From a virus: a stretch of 64,000 nt of DNA. The stretch lies in the IMG/VR virus record IMGVR_UViG_3300042317_001497; one strand, given 5' to 3'. Below the pieces are notes generated by a model. That model worked only from the letters and a program-made list of their open reading frames with translations. It made no database searches and was not told where the DNA came from. Positions within the stretch are counted from its first letter, which is position 1, and each line of letters starts with the position of its first letter. Positions 9,298-18,490 of the stretch are shown here, piece after piece. A program made the translations under genes and the position numbers.

Positions 9298-9663
9298 ATG
9301 AGTAATATATTTAAGGACCAAATTAATTTTATGTTGGCTTGTGATCAAACAGTATGTGAATGGAATGAAAAACAACTAGAGATGTATCATACTTTAATTA
9401 AAGAAGAAACCAAGGAACTTCAAGAAGCATTTGAGAACAATGATAAGGTTGAAATTTTAGACGCTTTGATAGACATTATTGTTGTTACTGCCGGAGCTAT
9501 TAATAGCATGGGCTCCAATGGAGAAGGAGCTTGGGACGAAGTAATGAAGACAAATTTTGCAAAAATTGATCCAGAAACAGGTAAGGTTAAGAAGAGGGAG
9601 GACGGCAAAGTATTAAAGCCGAATAATTGGCAGCCGCCGAATTTAAAACCATTTGTATTATAG
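9298..9663 (+). CDS. MazG-like / PRA-PH family nucleotide pyrophosphohydrolase (DR2231-like)
   Basis: LIKEETKEL...EILDALID...EVMKTNFAK...REDGKVLKP. Confidence 0.85.
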   Translation: MSNIFKDQINFMLACDQTVCEWNEKQLEMYHTLIKEETKELQEAFENNDKVEILDALIDIIVVTAGAINSMGSNGEGAWDEVMKTNFAKIDPETGKVKKREDGKVLKPNNWQPPNLKPFVL

Positions 9664-9668
9664 GGTAT

Positions 9669-9705
9669 GGTGTATATCATTAGTATAATTGGTAAAGATA
9701 TACAC
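9669..9705 (+). promoter_or_regulatory. GGTGTATA motif overlapping a 9-bp inverted repeat
   Basis: GTGTATATC (9670-9678) and GATATACAC (9697-9705) in the intergenic gap upstream of phoH. Confidence 0.5.
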
Positions 9706-9728
9706 AACTCTATAGCAAAGGGTAACAT

Positions 9729-10457
9729 TTGAGAAAAAATAATAAAAACCTCAAAAAGAAAAATAAGACTATCGATGCTACCAATGAACTCAATGTACCA
9801 CAAGCTTATAGGAATAGATTAAAACCTAGAACTGAAAATCAAAAAGAATATATTAGAACAGTAGCTGAAAATAGTATCACTTTTTGCCAAGGCGTTGCTG
9901 GATCAGGCAAAACACACATTGCCGTAGGTATGGCTCTAGAATATTTGTTAGATGATAAAGTAAAAAAAATAATTATAACTAGACCAGTTGTTGAATCTGG
10001 AGAAAAAATAGGATATTTACCAGGAACAGCAGAAGAAAAATTACACCCTTATCTATTACCACTACTAGATGAAGTTCATCATTTTATATCTGCTGCACAG
10101 TATAATAGTCTAAAAACAAATAATAAAATTGAAATAGTACCTTTGGGGCTTATGAGAGGACGCAATTTCCATAATGCTTTTATAGTAGCCGATGAGTGTC
10201 AGAATGCTTCTTATGATCAGATTAAAATGTTATTAACTCGTATAGGAAATAACAGTAAGATGGTTTTAACAGGAGATACTAGTCAATCAGATCTCATTAG
10301 ACACATGCAGGGAGGCTTCTATAATATGACACAGGCTCTTACAAATTTAGAAGGTATAGGTATAACAAAACTAGACTTTTCTGATATTGTTAGACATCCT
10401 ATTATAGGAAAAATTATTGCACGACTAGATAACTACGAAAATGAAGATAGAAAATAG
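9729..10457 (+). CDS. phoH: PhoH family ATPase
   Basis: GVAGSGKT Walker A; ITRPVVESGEKIGYLPG; MRGRNF; DECQN; GDTSQSD. TTG start. Confidence 0.95.
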   Translation: MRKNNKNLKKKNKTIDATNELNVPQAYRNRLKPRTENQKEYIRTVAENSITFCQGVAGSGKTHIAVGMALEYLLDDKVKKIIITRPVVESGEKIGYLPGTAEEKLHPYLLPLLDEVHHFISAAQYNSLKTNNKIEIVPLGLMRGRNFHNAFIVADECQNASYDQIKMLLTRIGNNSKMVLTGDTSQSDLIRHMQGGFYNMTQALTNLEGIGITKLDFSDIVRHPIIGKIIARLDNYENEDRK

Positions 10458-11061
10458 TAAATGTCTTGTACTTAATGCCGACTATTCTCCATTAGGAGTA
10501 GTTAGTTGGAGGAAAGCTTTGGTATGGTCTATGTTAGATGAACAAGACTGTACTATTGGTATAGAAATTATACATTTTTATCAAAACGATTTTATTAATG
10601 GTACTAATAATAAAAAGTATTTAATACCAGCAGTAATTAAAACAATTAAATATTATAAATTGTATAATCATAATGTTAATTTTTCTAGAAAAAATTTATT
10701 TATAAGAGATAATTATTCCTGTCAATATTGTGGAATAAAACAAAATCTAAATAAATTGACATATGATCATGTTATTCCGAAGTCTTTATGGAAAGATAAA
10801 AAGTGTTCACCTACTAGTTGGACAAATATCGTAACAGCTTGTGTTGAATGTAATCGTAAAAAAGGTAATAAAACACCACAACAAGCCAATATGCTATTGA
10901 TAAACAACCCTATAGTACCAAAAAAAAATTCAAAATACTTGCCGATCACCAATTTCCTACTTAATATAAGAAGAAATATCCCAGAGGAGTGGTCCACATA
11001 TTTACCAGAAATATATCACGACCCAAATTATAATGCCAACATACACATATATATGCAATGA
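10441..11061 (+). CDS. HNH endonuclease (McrA-like)
   Basis: CLVLNADYSPL N-terminus; RDNYSCQYCG...TYDHVIPKS...WTNIVTACVECNRKK. Confidence 0.9.
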   Translation: MKIENSKCLVLNADYSPLGVVSWRKALVWSMLDEQDCTIGIEIIHFYQNDFINGTNNKKYLIPAVIKTIKYYKLYNHNVNFSRKNLFIRDNYSCQYCGIKQNLNKLTYDHVIPKSLWKDKKCSPTSWTNIVTACVECNRKKGNKTPQQANMLLINNPIVPKKNSKYLPITNFLLNIRRNIPEEWSTYLPEIYHDPNYNANIHIYMQ

Positions 11062-11383
11062 TTGTTCCTGCAAATTTGAGCTATTTTTTTATATCAAAGA
11101 TTATGAGCCAAAACCCAAATGTATCAAATGTCTAGGTAAGCACACAGAAAGATCATATACAGACGATCTGTCAGGACTAAACGCTTCTGTTAAAAAATCA
11201 GATGACGAACTTAAAACCATAGGGGATTTAGCTAATAGGAATAGAGATAAATTAAGTGAAGATCATAAGCAAGAACTTTATAATAAACATAATTCTTATA
11301 AAGATAAAGAGAGCAAACAAGAGCTTCCCACAGGAATGAAAAGACTCCAAAAACAACCCAAGATACAATGGTATGATAAATGA
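11033..11383 (+). CDS. FmdB-family zinc-ribbon protein
   Basis: MPTYTYICNDC...KCIKC pattern. Confidence 0.75.
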   Translation: MPTYTYICNDCSCKFELFFYIKDYEPKPKCIKCLGKHTERSYTDDLSGLNASVKKSDDELKTIGDLANRNRDKLSEDHKQELYNKHNSYKDKESKQELPTGMKRLQKQPKIQWYDK

Positions 11384-11748
11384 CAAACTCTATAGAAGAT
11401 GATGACAATTTTAAAAACTTAATTAAAAAATTTCTAGAAGATGTACAGAGCGGAGCTATTAAAGACAATAATCAATTTTATAAAGACTCAGTACCAGATG
11501 ATACTCCTCAGAAAAAAATAGACTGTCCACATGAGCTATTATTCACCATAAGTGCCACAGCTATGGAGCAAAACGACAAAGGAGAAGCAGTTTCTACTAG
11601 GGAGATTTGCACAAAAAACTATCACATTCCTGTGCCAATAGACAAAGATTATAATAAGTTCATGACAACCTTTTTCGAATATCTAGAAGCCAAGCTTTTA
11701 GAATCTGTAAACCACGCATATAATAACGAGGAGAGTAATAATGGATGA
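11380..11748 (+). CDS. Hypothetical protein
   Basis: 122-aa ORF, ATGA overlap. Confidence 0.6.
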   Translation: MTNSIEDDDNFKNLIKKFLEDVQSGAIKDNNQFYKDSVPDDTPQKKIDCPHELLFTISATAMEQNDKGEAVSTREICTKNYHIPVPIDKDYNKFMTTFFEYLEAKLLESVNHAYNNEESNNG

Positions 11749-12130
11749 TTTTATTTTTGAACAAAAAAGAAATACGGATGTTGAAACAGAAGGTAAAAAC
11801 GAATACTATTCTGTTGTAGGCAGTGAAGAGTTTCTTGATAAAAATAATAACCCAAGAGTTGCGTCAGAAAACGACCCCAGAGTTCTTGCTAAAAAAATAT
11901 TTAGAGATGATGGCTCATATAGAATGTCTATAAAGCTTAACAACACAGGAAAAATGCAAAATCCATTGTCTATTTATGGAGCAGAAAAACAAACAACATT
12001 TCTAGATAGAGTATGTAGATCACAAAATAAATTCAAAGAAGTAAATATGAAAGTATTTGATTTATACGTTCAGTTTCTAAGAACAAAAAATATAGCTTAC
12101 TTACACAATGCAGAAAGAGAGGCTCAATAA
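11741..12130 (+). CDS. Hypothetical protein
   Basis: 129-aa ORF, GAGGAG SD, overlaps its neighbours. Confidence 0.65.
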   Translation: MDDFIFEQKRNTDVETEGKNEYYSVVGSEEFLDKNNNPRVASENDPRVLAKKIFRDDGSYRMSIKLNNTGKMQNPLSIYGAEKQTTFLDRVCRSQNKFKEVNMKVFDLYVQFLRTKNIAYLHNAEREAQ

Positions 12131-12492
12131 TGGCAAAGCTTAATAAAACTCAGATATATGCTATTTGCTGGTTAAATAGTCAGAATACGAAAACCCCCAA
12201 GATTGCAGAAGAACTAGGTATTTTAGAAAATGATGTAATCAAAACGATAGAAAAAAACAGTAGATCCAAAACCGACGAGGCAGATAAAGTAAAAACTACT
12301 AAATCATCGGCAGCTAATAGATCACAAAACCTTATGATAAGAGAAACAGCCCAAAAGAAAACTAATAATGTTTCTATTATGACAGGTGAGGCTTCTATGA
12401 TGAATGATGAACTGATGAAGAATATCAAGGCCCATAACCCAAATACAGAAAAAAATATTTTTAGACCCAATTCAAATGGAAAAAAGAAATAA
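12130..12492 (+). CDS. Hypothetical protein, possible N-terminal HTH
   Basis: TPKIAEELGILENDV resembles an HTH; TAATG coupling. Confidence 0.5.
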   Translation: MAKLNKTQIYAICWLNSQNTKTPKIAEELGILENDVIKTIEKNSRSKTDEADKVKTTKSSAANRSQNLMIRETAQKKTNNVSIMTGEASMMNDELMKNIKAHNPNTEKNIFRPNSNGKKK

Positions 12493-12895
12493 TTACATCT
12501 CTAAATATTCTAATGGTAAAACAGTATCAGAGGCTCAGTATATTACTGAGATAGTTTGTGAAAATAAAGCGAAAATAGACAAGTGCGATTTACACTATAG
12601 ATTTTGGGTATCAAAAAAATGGTCTCTTTATTATAGAAACCAAATAGCTACCGCCCATAAGCTATTAGCAAAATATAGTTGTCAGGCGATTATATCAGCT
12701 CTTAGAGACAAGAAAGCTGAAAGAATATATTCGTTGCGAGCGCCCCATCTTCCTGCTATTATTGAAGAACATCAGACCAGGATATCCGCCGAAAATACCA
12801 ATCTCACAATAGACATAGATCGTAGCGAACAAAAAACACACAGAAAAGATATAATTAAACAAAGTGTTATATCTAAATTAAAGGAACTAGAATAA
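12476..12895 (+). CDS. Hypothetical protein
   Basis: 139-aa ORF, coupled (TAATG) to recA. Confidence 0.6.
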   Translation: MEKRNNYISKYSNGKTVSEAQYITEIVCENKAKIDKCDLHYRFWVSKKWSLYYRNQIATAHKLLAKYSCQAIISALRDKKAERIYSLRAPHLPAIIEEHQTRISAENTNLTIDIDRSEQKTHRKDIIKQSVISKLKELE

Positions 12896-13914
12896 TGGCT
12901 CTTAAGGAAGATGTTAAGAAAAATTTTGGTGATAATGTTATGTTAACAGCAAACGCTGTTATTGACAAGTCATTGATAACAATCCCTGTTAGTCCAGCAT
13001 TAGATATTGTTCTAAATGGTGGCATCCCAGAAGGAAGTTTTGTTATTTTTACTGGTCAACCCAAATGCGGGAAAACCACAACATCCTTAGACTTCTGCGC
13101 TACTGCACAAAAGAAAGAATATGCCCACGGCTCCTTTAAAGACGGTAGAGAAGTGTACTATCTAAATATCGAGGGTAGATTGAAAAAAAGAGATCTAGAA
13201 GGAATACCAGGATTAAATCTAGAAAAATTCAATATTATTGGATCTCAAGAAGGTAAAATCCTACATGCAGAAGAATATCTCCAAATTGGAGAAAGAATTA
13301 TTAATGAAATTCCTGGATCAGTAGTTATTATAGACTCTTACTCTGCTCTATGCACAGAAGCTGAAATTACTAGCGATATGGATAAGATGCAAAGAGCAGA
13401 CGGAGCCAAGCTATTGGCTAAGTTTTGCAGGAAAGTGTCTAACGTTATTCCTGTTAATAGGAATGTGGTTATAGGCATTACTCACCAAATGGGTAATCCG
13501 GGCATGGGTCATAGTGAGTGGAAAGAAAAGAGTGGTCAGGCTATTGCTTATCAAACAGATATTAAAATTAAAGCCAACTATTTTAGTCCTTGGAATTTAA
13601 GTACAGACAGTCCACAGATTGGCCAAGAAGTACATTGGCAAGTAATGTGTTCTGCTCTAGGTGCTCCTGGTGGTAAAATCACAAGCTATATTAGATATGG
13701 TCAAGGTATTGATAAACAGATGGAACTATTGACACTGGCTGTAGATTTGGGTCTTGTATCTAAGGGGGGCGCATGGTATACTATGTCATCTGTGGAGGAC
13801 AAGCCAAAATTCCAGGGTCTTGAGAAAACAAGACAGTATCTAGTTGACCATCCAGAAGTTTATGACGATTTATGGACAAAAGTTAAGGATATTATGGGTA
13901 TCAAATGCAAGTAA
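12895..13914 (+). CDS. recA: RecA/UvsX-like recombinase
   Basis: LDIVLNGGIPEG, Walker A GQPKCGKT, Walker B VVIIDSYSAL, GIDK...ELLTLAVDLGLVSKGGAWY. Confidence 0.9.
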   Translation: MALKEDVKKNFGDNVMLTANAVIDKSLITIPVSPALDIVLNGGIPEGSFVIFTGQPKCGKTTTSLDFCATAQKKEYAHGSFKDGREVYYLNIEGRLKKRDLEGIPGLNLEKFNIIGSQEGKILHAEEYLQIGERIINEIPGSVVIIDSYSALCTEAEITSDMDKMQRADGAKLLAKFCRKVSNVIPVNRNVVIGITHQMGNPGMGHSEWKEKSGQAIAYQTDIKIKANYFSPWNLSTDSPQIGQEVHWQVMCSALGAPGGKITSYIRYGQGIDKQMELLTLAVDLGLVSKGGAWYTMSSVEDKPKFQGLEKTRQYLVDHPEVYDDLWTKVKDIMGIKCK

Positions 13915-14312
13915 AAGATTTGGATGGTAATTCTTATAATTGGCAATTAATCGGTAATATATCACATGGGTCTATTCAAAATAAATCTAGCTTACATTTA
14001 CAGGCTAGAGATTTGATCCATGTTTGTTTTCCTACATTACAAGTATTGGAAGAAGTTCCCGTCAATATAAGAAGATCAGAAACTCTTTATTTAGACTTTT
14101 ATTTACCCCTTATTAAAAAATGCATAGAGGTTCATGGAGAGCAGCATTATAAATTTAGTAAATTTTTTCATAATACTCCACTCGGTTTTATAAAACATAA
14201 AAAGAGAGATCAAGAAAAAAAAGAGTGGTGTGAACTAAATGGTATTGAGCATATAGAACTACCATTTGATCAAATAAGTCAATGGGAAATAAGGATTAAA
14301 AATGAACACTAA
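13905..14312 (+). CDS. DUF559/Vsr-like PD-(D/E)XK endonuclease
   Basis: LEEVPV...LDFYLP...IEVHGEQHY...RDQEKKEWC. Confidence 0.7.
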   Translation: MQVKDLDGNSYNWQLIGNISHGSIQNKSSLHLQARDLIHVCFPTLQVLEEVPVNIRRSETLYLDFYLPLIKKCIEVHGEQHYKFSKFFHNTPLGFIKHKKRDQEKKEWCELNGIEHIELPFDQISQWEIRIKNEH

Positions 14313-14787
14313 AGAACAAGTAAATGAGTGGGACCGTGTTCTTGACGAGTACGAGCAAGGACTCGGATTGGGATTATACAAATCTGATGTTTTCTCTGAA
14401 ACAGAATTAAATGGATATTTCCAAATGAGTCGAGATGAACTAGAAAAAACAACACCAGAAGTATGCGGAGAAATAGCTTATAGATTGGGTCAGTTTGCTT
14501 TTCATATGCAAAGATCTCTCAATAGGGAGTTATCGAGAGTTAATTGGGCCGAAGAAACAATTAAAGAAACTATTGCCGAAGAAATTAATAACTATAAAGG
14601 GTATGGTTATATTGAAAAGTCTTCACAAGCCATAAAAAATAATGAAAAAGCTACAGCATTAAATAAAATAAAAAAATATGCTAAACAAAGAAGTGATAGA
14701 CTTCAATATTTGGCTAATAGTATAAAACATTTATCGGATATTATGTTATCTATTCAGAAAACAAAGGTGAAACATGGATCTCAATGA
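14302..14787 (+). CDS. All-helical protein, possibly UvsY-like recombination mediator
   Basis: 161-aa coiled-coil-like sequence near recA; the function is only a positional guess. Confidence 0.35.
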   Translation: MNTKEQVNEWDRVLDEYEQGLGLGLYKSDVFSETELNGYFQMSRDELEKTTPEVCGEIAYRLGQFAFHMQRSLNRELSRVNWAEETIKETIAEEINNYKGYGYIEKSSQAIKNNEKATALNKIKKYAKQRSDRLQYLANSIKHLSDIMLSIQKTKVKHGSQ

Positions 14788-15163
14788 GTTATCGAATAAT
14801 CCAGAACAGATTAAACAATTAATAAGCTTGCTACAAGCACTTTTACCAAAAAATAATTCTGAAGAAGCAGAAGAACCTGAAGAATTTGTAAGTCCCATAA
14901 GAACAAAAAGCTCAAGACAATTTCACAAGCAAAATTCAGAAAAAAATAAATTTTTAGACATGCCAGAAAAAGATATGTTTAAAGAAGATTCTAGAATAGA
15001 TAAAATGCTTAATAAGCATCCTCCTGTTAGTAGAACCCGTCAATTCTCTACTATCGAGGTTGTTTGTCGTGTATGTGGAAGAAAAGAAACTATAAGTCCC
15101 GGCCTTGCGGGAGAGTCTCCAAAAAGATATAAGTGTAATAACTGTTCTACGTCCCCAGGGTGA
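14774..15163 (+). CDS. Hypothetical protein with C-terminal zinc ribbon
   Basis: CRVCG...YKCNNC. Confidence 0.6.
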   Translation: MDLNELSNNPEQIKQLISLLQALLPKNNSEEAEEPEEFVSPIRTKSSRQFHKQNSEKNKFLDMPEKDMFKEDSRIDKMLNKHPPVSRTRQFSTIEVVCRVCGRKETISPGLAGESPKRYKCNNCSTSPG

Positions 15164-15166
15164 AAA

Positions 15167-16639
15167 ATGATTTTATGTGATCCTTCGGCAGAAAGAGCCG
15201 TTCTTAGTGGTATTATACAATACGGTGACCAAGCTTTTCTGGATATTAGCGATCTTATCCAAGACTCTGTCTTTACTATAGATAGTAACCAAATCATATA
15301 TAAGTGTTTAAAACATATATGTGAAAAGAATCAACCTAAAAATGCTATAGATATAGCTTCAATATATTCTGCTGCACAGGAACTTAATTTAGATCAAGTT
15401 CTAAACAAAAAGGAAGAGGCACAGCATCTAAAAGCTGTAAAAGATTTTCCTGTAAATATTGAAAATATCAGAAAATTTGCAGTTAAAATCAAAAAACTAG
15501 AAATAGCAAGATCCTTATACAAGGAACTAGAAAAAACCCAGGAAAAACTATTAGACGTTAACGGATCAGAATCTATATCTTCTATTTTGGGAGTTGCAGA
15601 AGATGCTGTATTCGGTTTTGCATCATCATTAAACAATGATAATGATAACGCCCCATCTGCTATAGGAAATAATATAGAAGAATATGTAGATTTTTTATCC
15701 AAAAATAAAATTGATCAGGTTGGGATATCTACGGGTTTTCCTGTATATGACCAAGCAATCGGAGGAGGTCTGAGAAAAGGAACAGTTAATGTAATAGGAG
15801 CAAGACCCAAAGTAGGTAAAACATTATTATCAGATAATATGGGTTTTTATATAGCGAATAAACTAAAAATTCCAGTATTGAATATGGATACCGAAATGAC
15901 AAAAGAAGATCATATTCATAGACTTTTAGCTATGAGCACAGAAATAGAACTATCGTCTATAGAAACTGGCAAATTTACAGAGTCTCCTATACATACAAAA
16001 AAAATAGAAGAAATGGCTCAAGAACTAAAAAACACTCCTCTATACCATAAAGTAATAGCCGGCAAACCATTTGATGAACAGTTATCTATTATGCGTAGAT
16101 GGCTTGTAAAAGAAGTAGGACTAAACGATGATGGGACAGCAAAAGACTGTGTTATATTTTATGACTATTTAAAGCTAATGGATTCCGCCGGTATGTCTCA
16201 GGACATGAAAGAATACCAAGTACTAGGCTTTATGATGACAGCCTTGCATAATTTTGCTGTTAAGTATAAAGTTCCTATTATGGCGTTTATTCAGCTTAAT
16301 AGAGACGGCATAACAAAAGAAAGCACAGATTCAGCTAGTGGTTCAGATAGAATCATATGGTTGTGTAGTAATTTTTCTATATTCAAAAGAAAATCTGATG
16401 AAGAAATAGCTGAGGACGGGGGAAAATCTGGCAATAGAAAACTTATTCCTCTTATTAGTAGACACGGAGGAGGATTAGACGATAATGATTATATTAACTG
16501 TTCTATGAAAGGTTGGTGTGCAAAAATTACTGAGGGTAGAACAAAGTTGGAAACCATGAACAATTTTGATAATAATAAGAATGGATTTATAATAAATGAA
16601 AACAGCTCTACAGATGAAAAAGAAATCCCCTTCGTATGA
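15167..16639 (+). CDS. dnaB: Replicative DNA helicase DnaB
   Basis: AERAVLSG N-domain; ISTGFPVYD; GARPKVGKT Walker A; MDTEM; FYDYLKLM; FIQLNR. Confidence 0.93.
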   Translation: MILCDPSAERAVLSGIIQYGDQAFLDISDLIQDSVFTIDSNQIIYKCLKHICEKNQPKNAIDIASIYSAAQELNLDQVLNKKEEAQHLKAVKDFPVNIENIRKFAVKIKKLEIARSLYKELEKTQEKLLDVNGSESISSILGVAEDAVFGFASSLNNDNDNAPSAIGNNIEEYVDFLSKNKIDQVGISTGFPVYDQAIGGGLRKGTVNVIGARPKVGKTLLSDNMGFYIANKLKIPVLNMDTEMTKEDHIHRLLAMSTEIELSSIETGKFTESPIHTKKIEEMAQELKNTPLYHKVIAGKPFDEQLSIMRRWLVKEVGLNDDGTAKDCVIFYDYLKLMDSAGMSQDMKEYQVLGFMMTALHNFAVKYKVPIMAFIQLNRDGITKESTDSASGSDRIIWLCSNFSIFKRKSDEEIAEDGGKSGNRKLIPLISRHGGGLDDNDYINCSMKGWCAKITEGRTKLETMNNFDNNKNGFIINENSSTDEKEIPFV

Positions 16640-17765
16640 TCAGCTACAGCTTAAGATCATATCAGATAAGCTGTGTGATAATATACAAGAAGTATTAGAG
16701 ACTTTGGGTATCTCTGAATATAGAAATTTTGATAAAATGGTAACTATGAGCTGTCCTATACACGGAGGAGACAATGAATCCGCACTCAACCTATATCATC
16801 AAGGAGATTCGTATAGAGGTAACTGGAAATGCAGAACACATCAGTGCGAAGAAACTTTTAAGTCTTCTATTATAGGTTTTATAAGAGGCTGCTTATCACA
16901 TAATCAACATAATTGGTCTAAAGCAGGAGATCCTACTTGCTCATTTTCTCAAGCCTTAGAATTTATTAAAGAATTCCTAAATCAAGAACCATCTAGTATA
17001 AAAATATCTCAAAAAACTAGAGAAAAAATATCTTTTGTTAATACTGTTAAATATATTAACACAAACAATCAAGACAATATAGCTATAATTGATAAGAATA
17101 TTATTAAAAACAATCTTAATATACCATCTAAATATTTTTTAGATAGAGGTTATAGTAAAGAGATTTTATTAAAATATGATGTTGGAGAATGTAGTAAGTC
17201 TGGTAAAGAAATGAGTGACAGGGCGGTGGTGCCTATTTATGATAACGAGTATAAATACATGGTGGGATGTACCGGTCGTAGCATATATGAAAAGTGTAAT
17301 CAATGTGGATACCATCATGATGACAAAGTCGGTTGTCCAGACAAAGATAAGGCTTGGTTATTTTCTAAATGGAGACACAGCACAGGATTTAAAACCCAAG
17401 AATATTTATACAATTTTTGGTATGCTAAAAAACATATAGAAAAAACCAAAACCGTTGTTCTAGTGGAAAGTCCGGGTAATGTATGGAGACTAGAAGAAGC
17501 CGGAATACATAATTCATTAGCTATGTTTGGGTCTTCATTAGGAGATAGACAAAAAATGCTGTTAGACATATCAGGAGCTATGACTATAATTACGATTATG
17601 GATAATGACGACGCTGGCCGCAAAGCTTCCAAACAGATTATAAAAAAATGTGAAAAAACCTACAACATCAAAGAAATTCAAATAGAGTATCCGGACATAG
17701 GTTCTATGACAGTAGACCAAATTCAACAAGATATTGTGAAACTTATAGAAAAGGCCCACAAATGA
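16596..17765 (+). CDS. dnaG: DnaG-type DNA primase
   Basis: CPIH...WKCRTHQC zinc-binding domain; TOPRIM motifs LVESPGNV and MDNDDAG. Start may be 16614. Confidence 0.85.
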   Translation: MKTALQMKKKSPSYDQLQLKIISDKLCDNIQEVLETLGISEYRNFDKMVTMSCPIHGGDNESALNLYHQGDSYRGNWKCRTHQCEETFKSSIIGFIRGCLSHNQHNWSKAGDPTCSFSQALEFIKEFLNQEPSSIKISQKTREKISFVNTVKYINTNNQDNIAIIDKNIIKNNLNIPSKYFLDRGYSKEILLKYDVGECSKSGKEMSDRAVVPIYDNEYKYMVGCTGRSIYEKCNQCGYHHDDKVGCPDKDKAWLFSKWRHSTGFKTQEYLYNFWYAKKHIEKTKTVVLVESPGNVWRLEEAGIHNSLAMFGSSLGDRQKMLLDISGAMTIITIMDNDDAGRKASKQIIKKCEKTYNIKEIQIEYPDIGSMTVDQIQQDIVKLIEKAHK

Positions 17766-18490
17766 TTATAGGTATCTCGGGAAAAAAACAATCGGGTAAA
17801 ACCACATCTGGTAATTTTATTTTATCTCTTGTTATGGCTAATACAGATATATCGCAATCTATTGATATAGATGATCAAGGAAGAATAGTAGTATCTGATC
17901 TTTTGGGGGATAAAAATTATGAAGGTATCTTTGACACCCAGGCCCTTCATAAAAATGATTATATTATACAAAAAGTACTAGAGAAACTAAATCCTTTAAT
18001 CAGACTATATAGCTTTGCAGACATACTAAAGAAAGAGATTTGTATAAAATTACTAGGTTTAACTTATAATCAGTGCTATGGTTCCGATGAAGATAAAAAT
18101 ACTATGACAGATGTTTTAGATCCCACTCTATTAAAGCCGATGAATGCTCGTGACGTAATGCAATATGTAGGTACGGATCTTTTTAGAAAAATGAGACCTA
18201 ATGTTTGGGTAGATGCTACGCTAAATCAAATTCAAGAAGACAAACCCAAAATAGCTATTATCACAGATTGTAGATTTCCTAATGAGGTAGACTCTATAAA
18301 AAATAAGGGGGGTAAAATTATCAGACTTACAAGAGATCTATATAATTCTACACATATAAGTGAAAAAATCTTAGATCAAGATAATTATGATTGGTCAAAT
18401 TTTGATTATATAATACATAATGAAAAAATGAATATATATGATCAATGCATAGATATACAAAATATTTTAAAAGAGGTGATCACATTATAA
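17762..18490 (+). CDS. Deoxynucleoside monophosphate kinase (T4 gp1/T5 dnk-like)
   Basis: IIGISGKKQSGKTT, FADILK, RDVMQYVGTDLFR and ITDCRFPNE. Confidence 0.85.
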   Translation: MIIGISGKKQSGKTTSGNFILSLVMANTDISQSIDIDDQGRIVVSDLLGDKNYEGIFDTQALHKNDYIIQKVLEKLNPLIRLYSFADILKKEICIKLLGLTYNQCYGSDEDKNTMTDVLDPTLLKPMNARDVMQYVGTDLFRKMRPNVWVDATLNQIQEDKPKIAIITDCRFPNEVDSIKNKGGKIIRLTRDLYNSTHISEKILDQDNYDWSNFDYIIHNEKMNIYDQCIDIQNILKEVITL

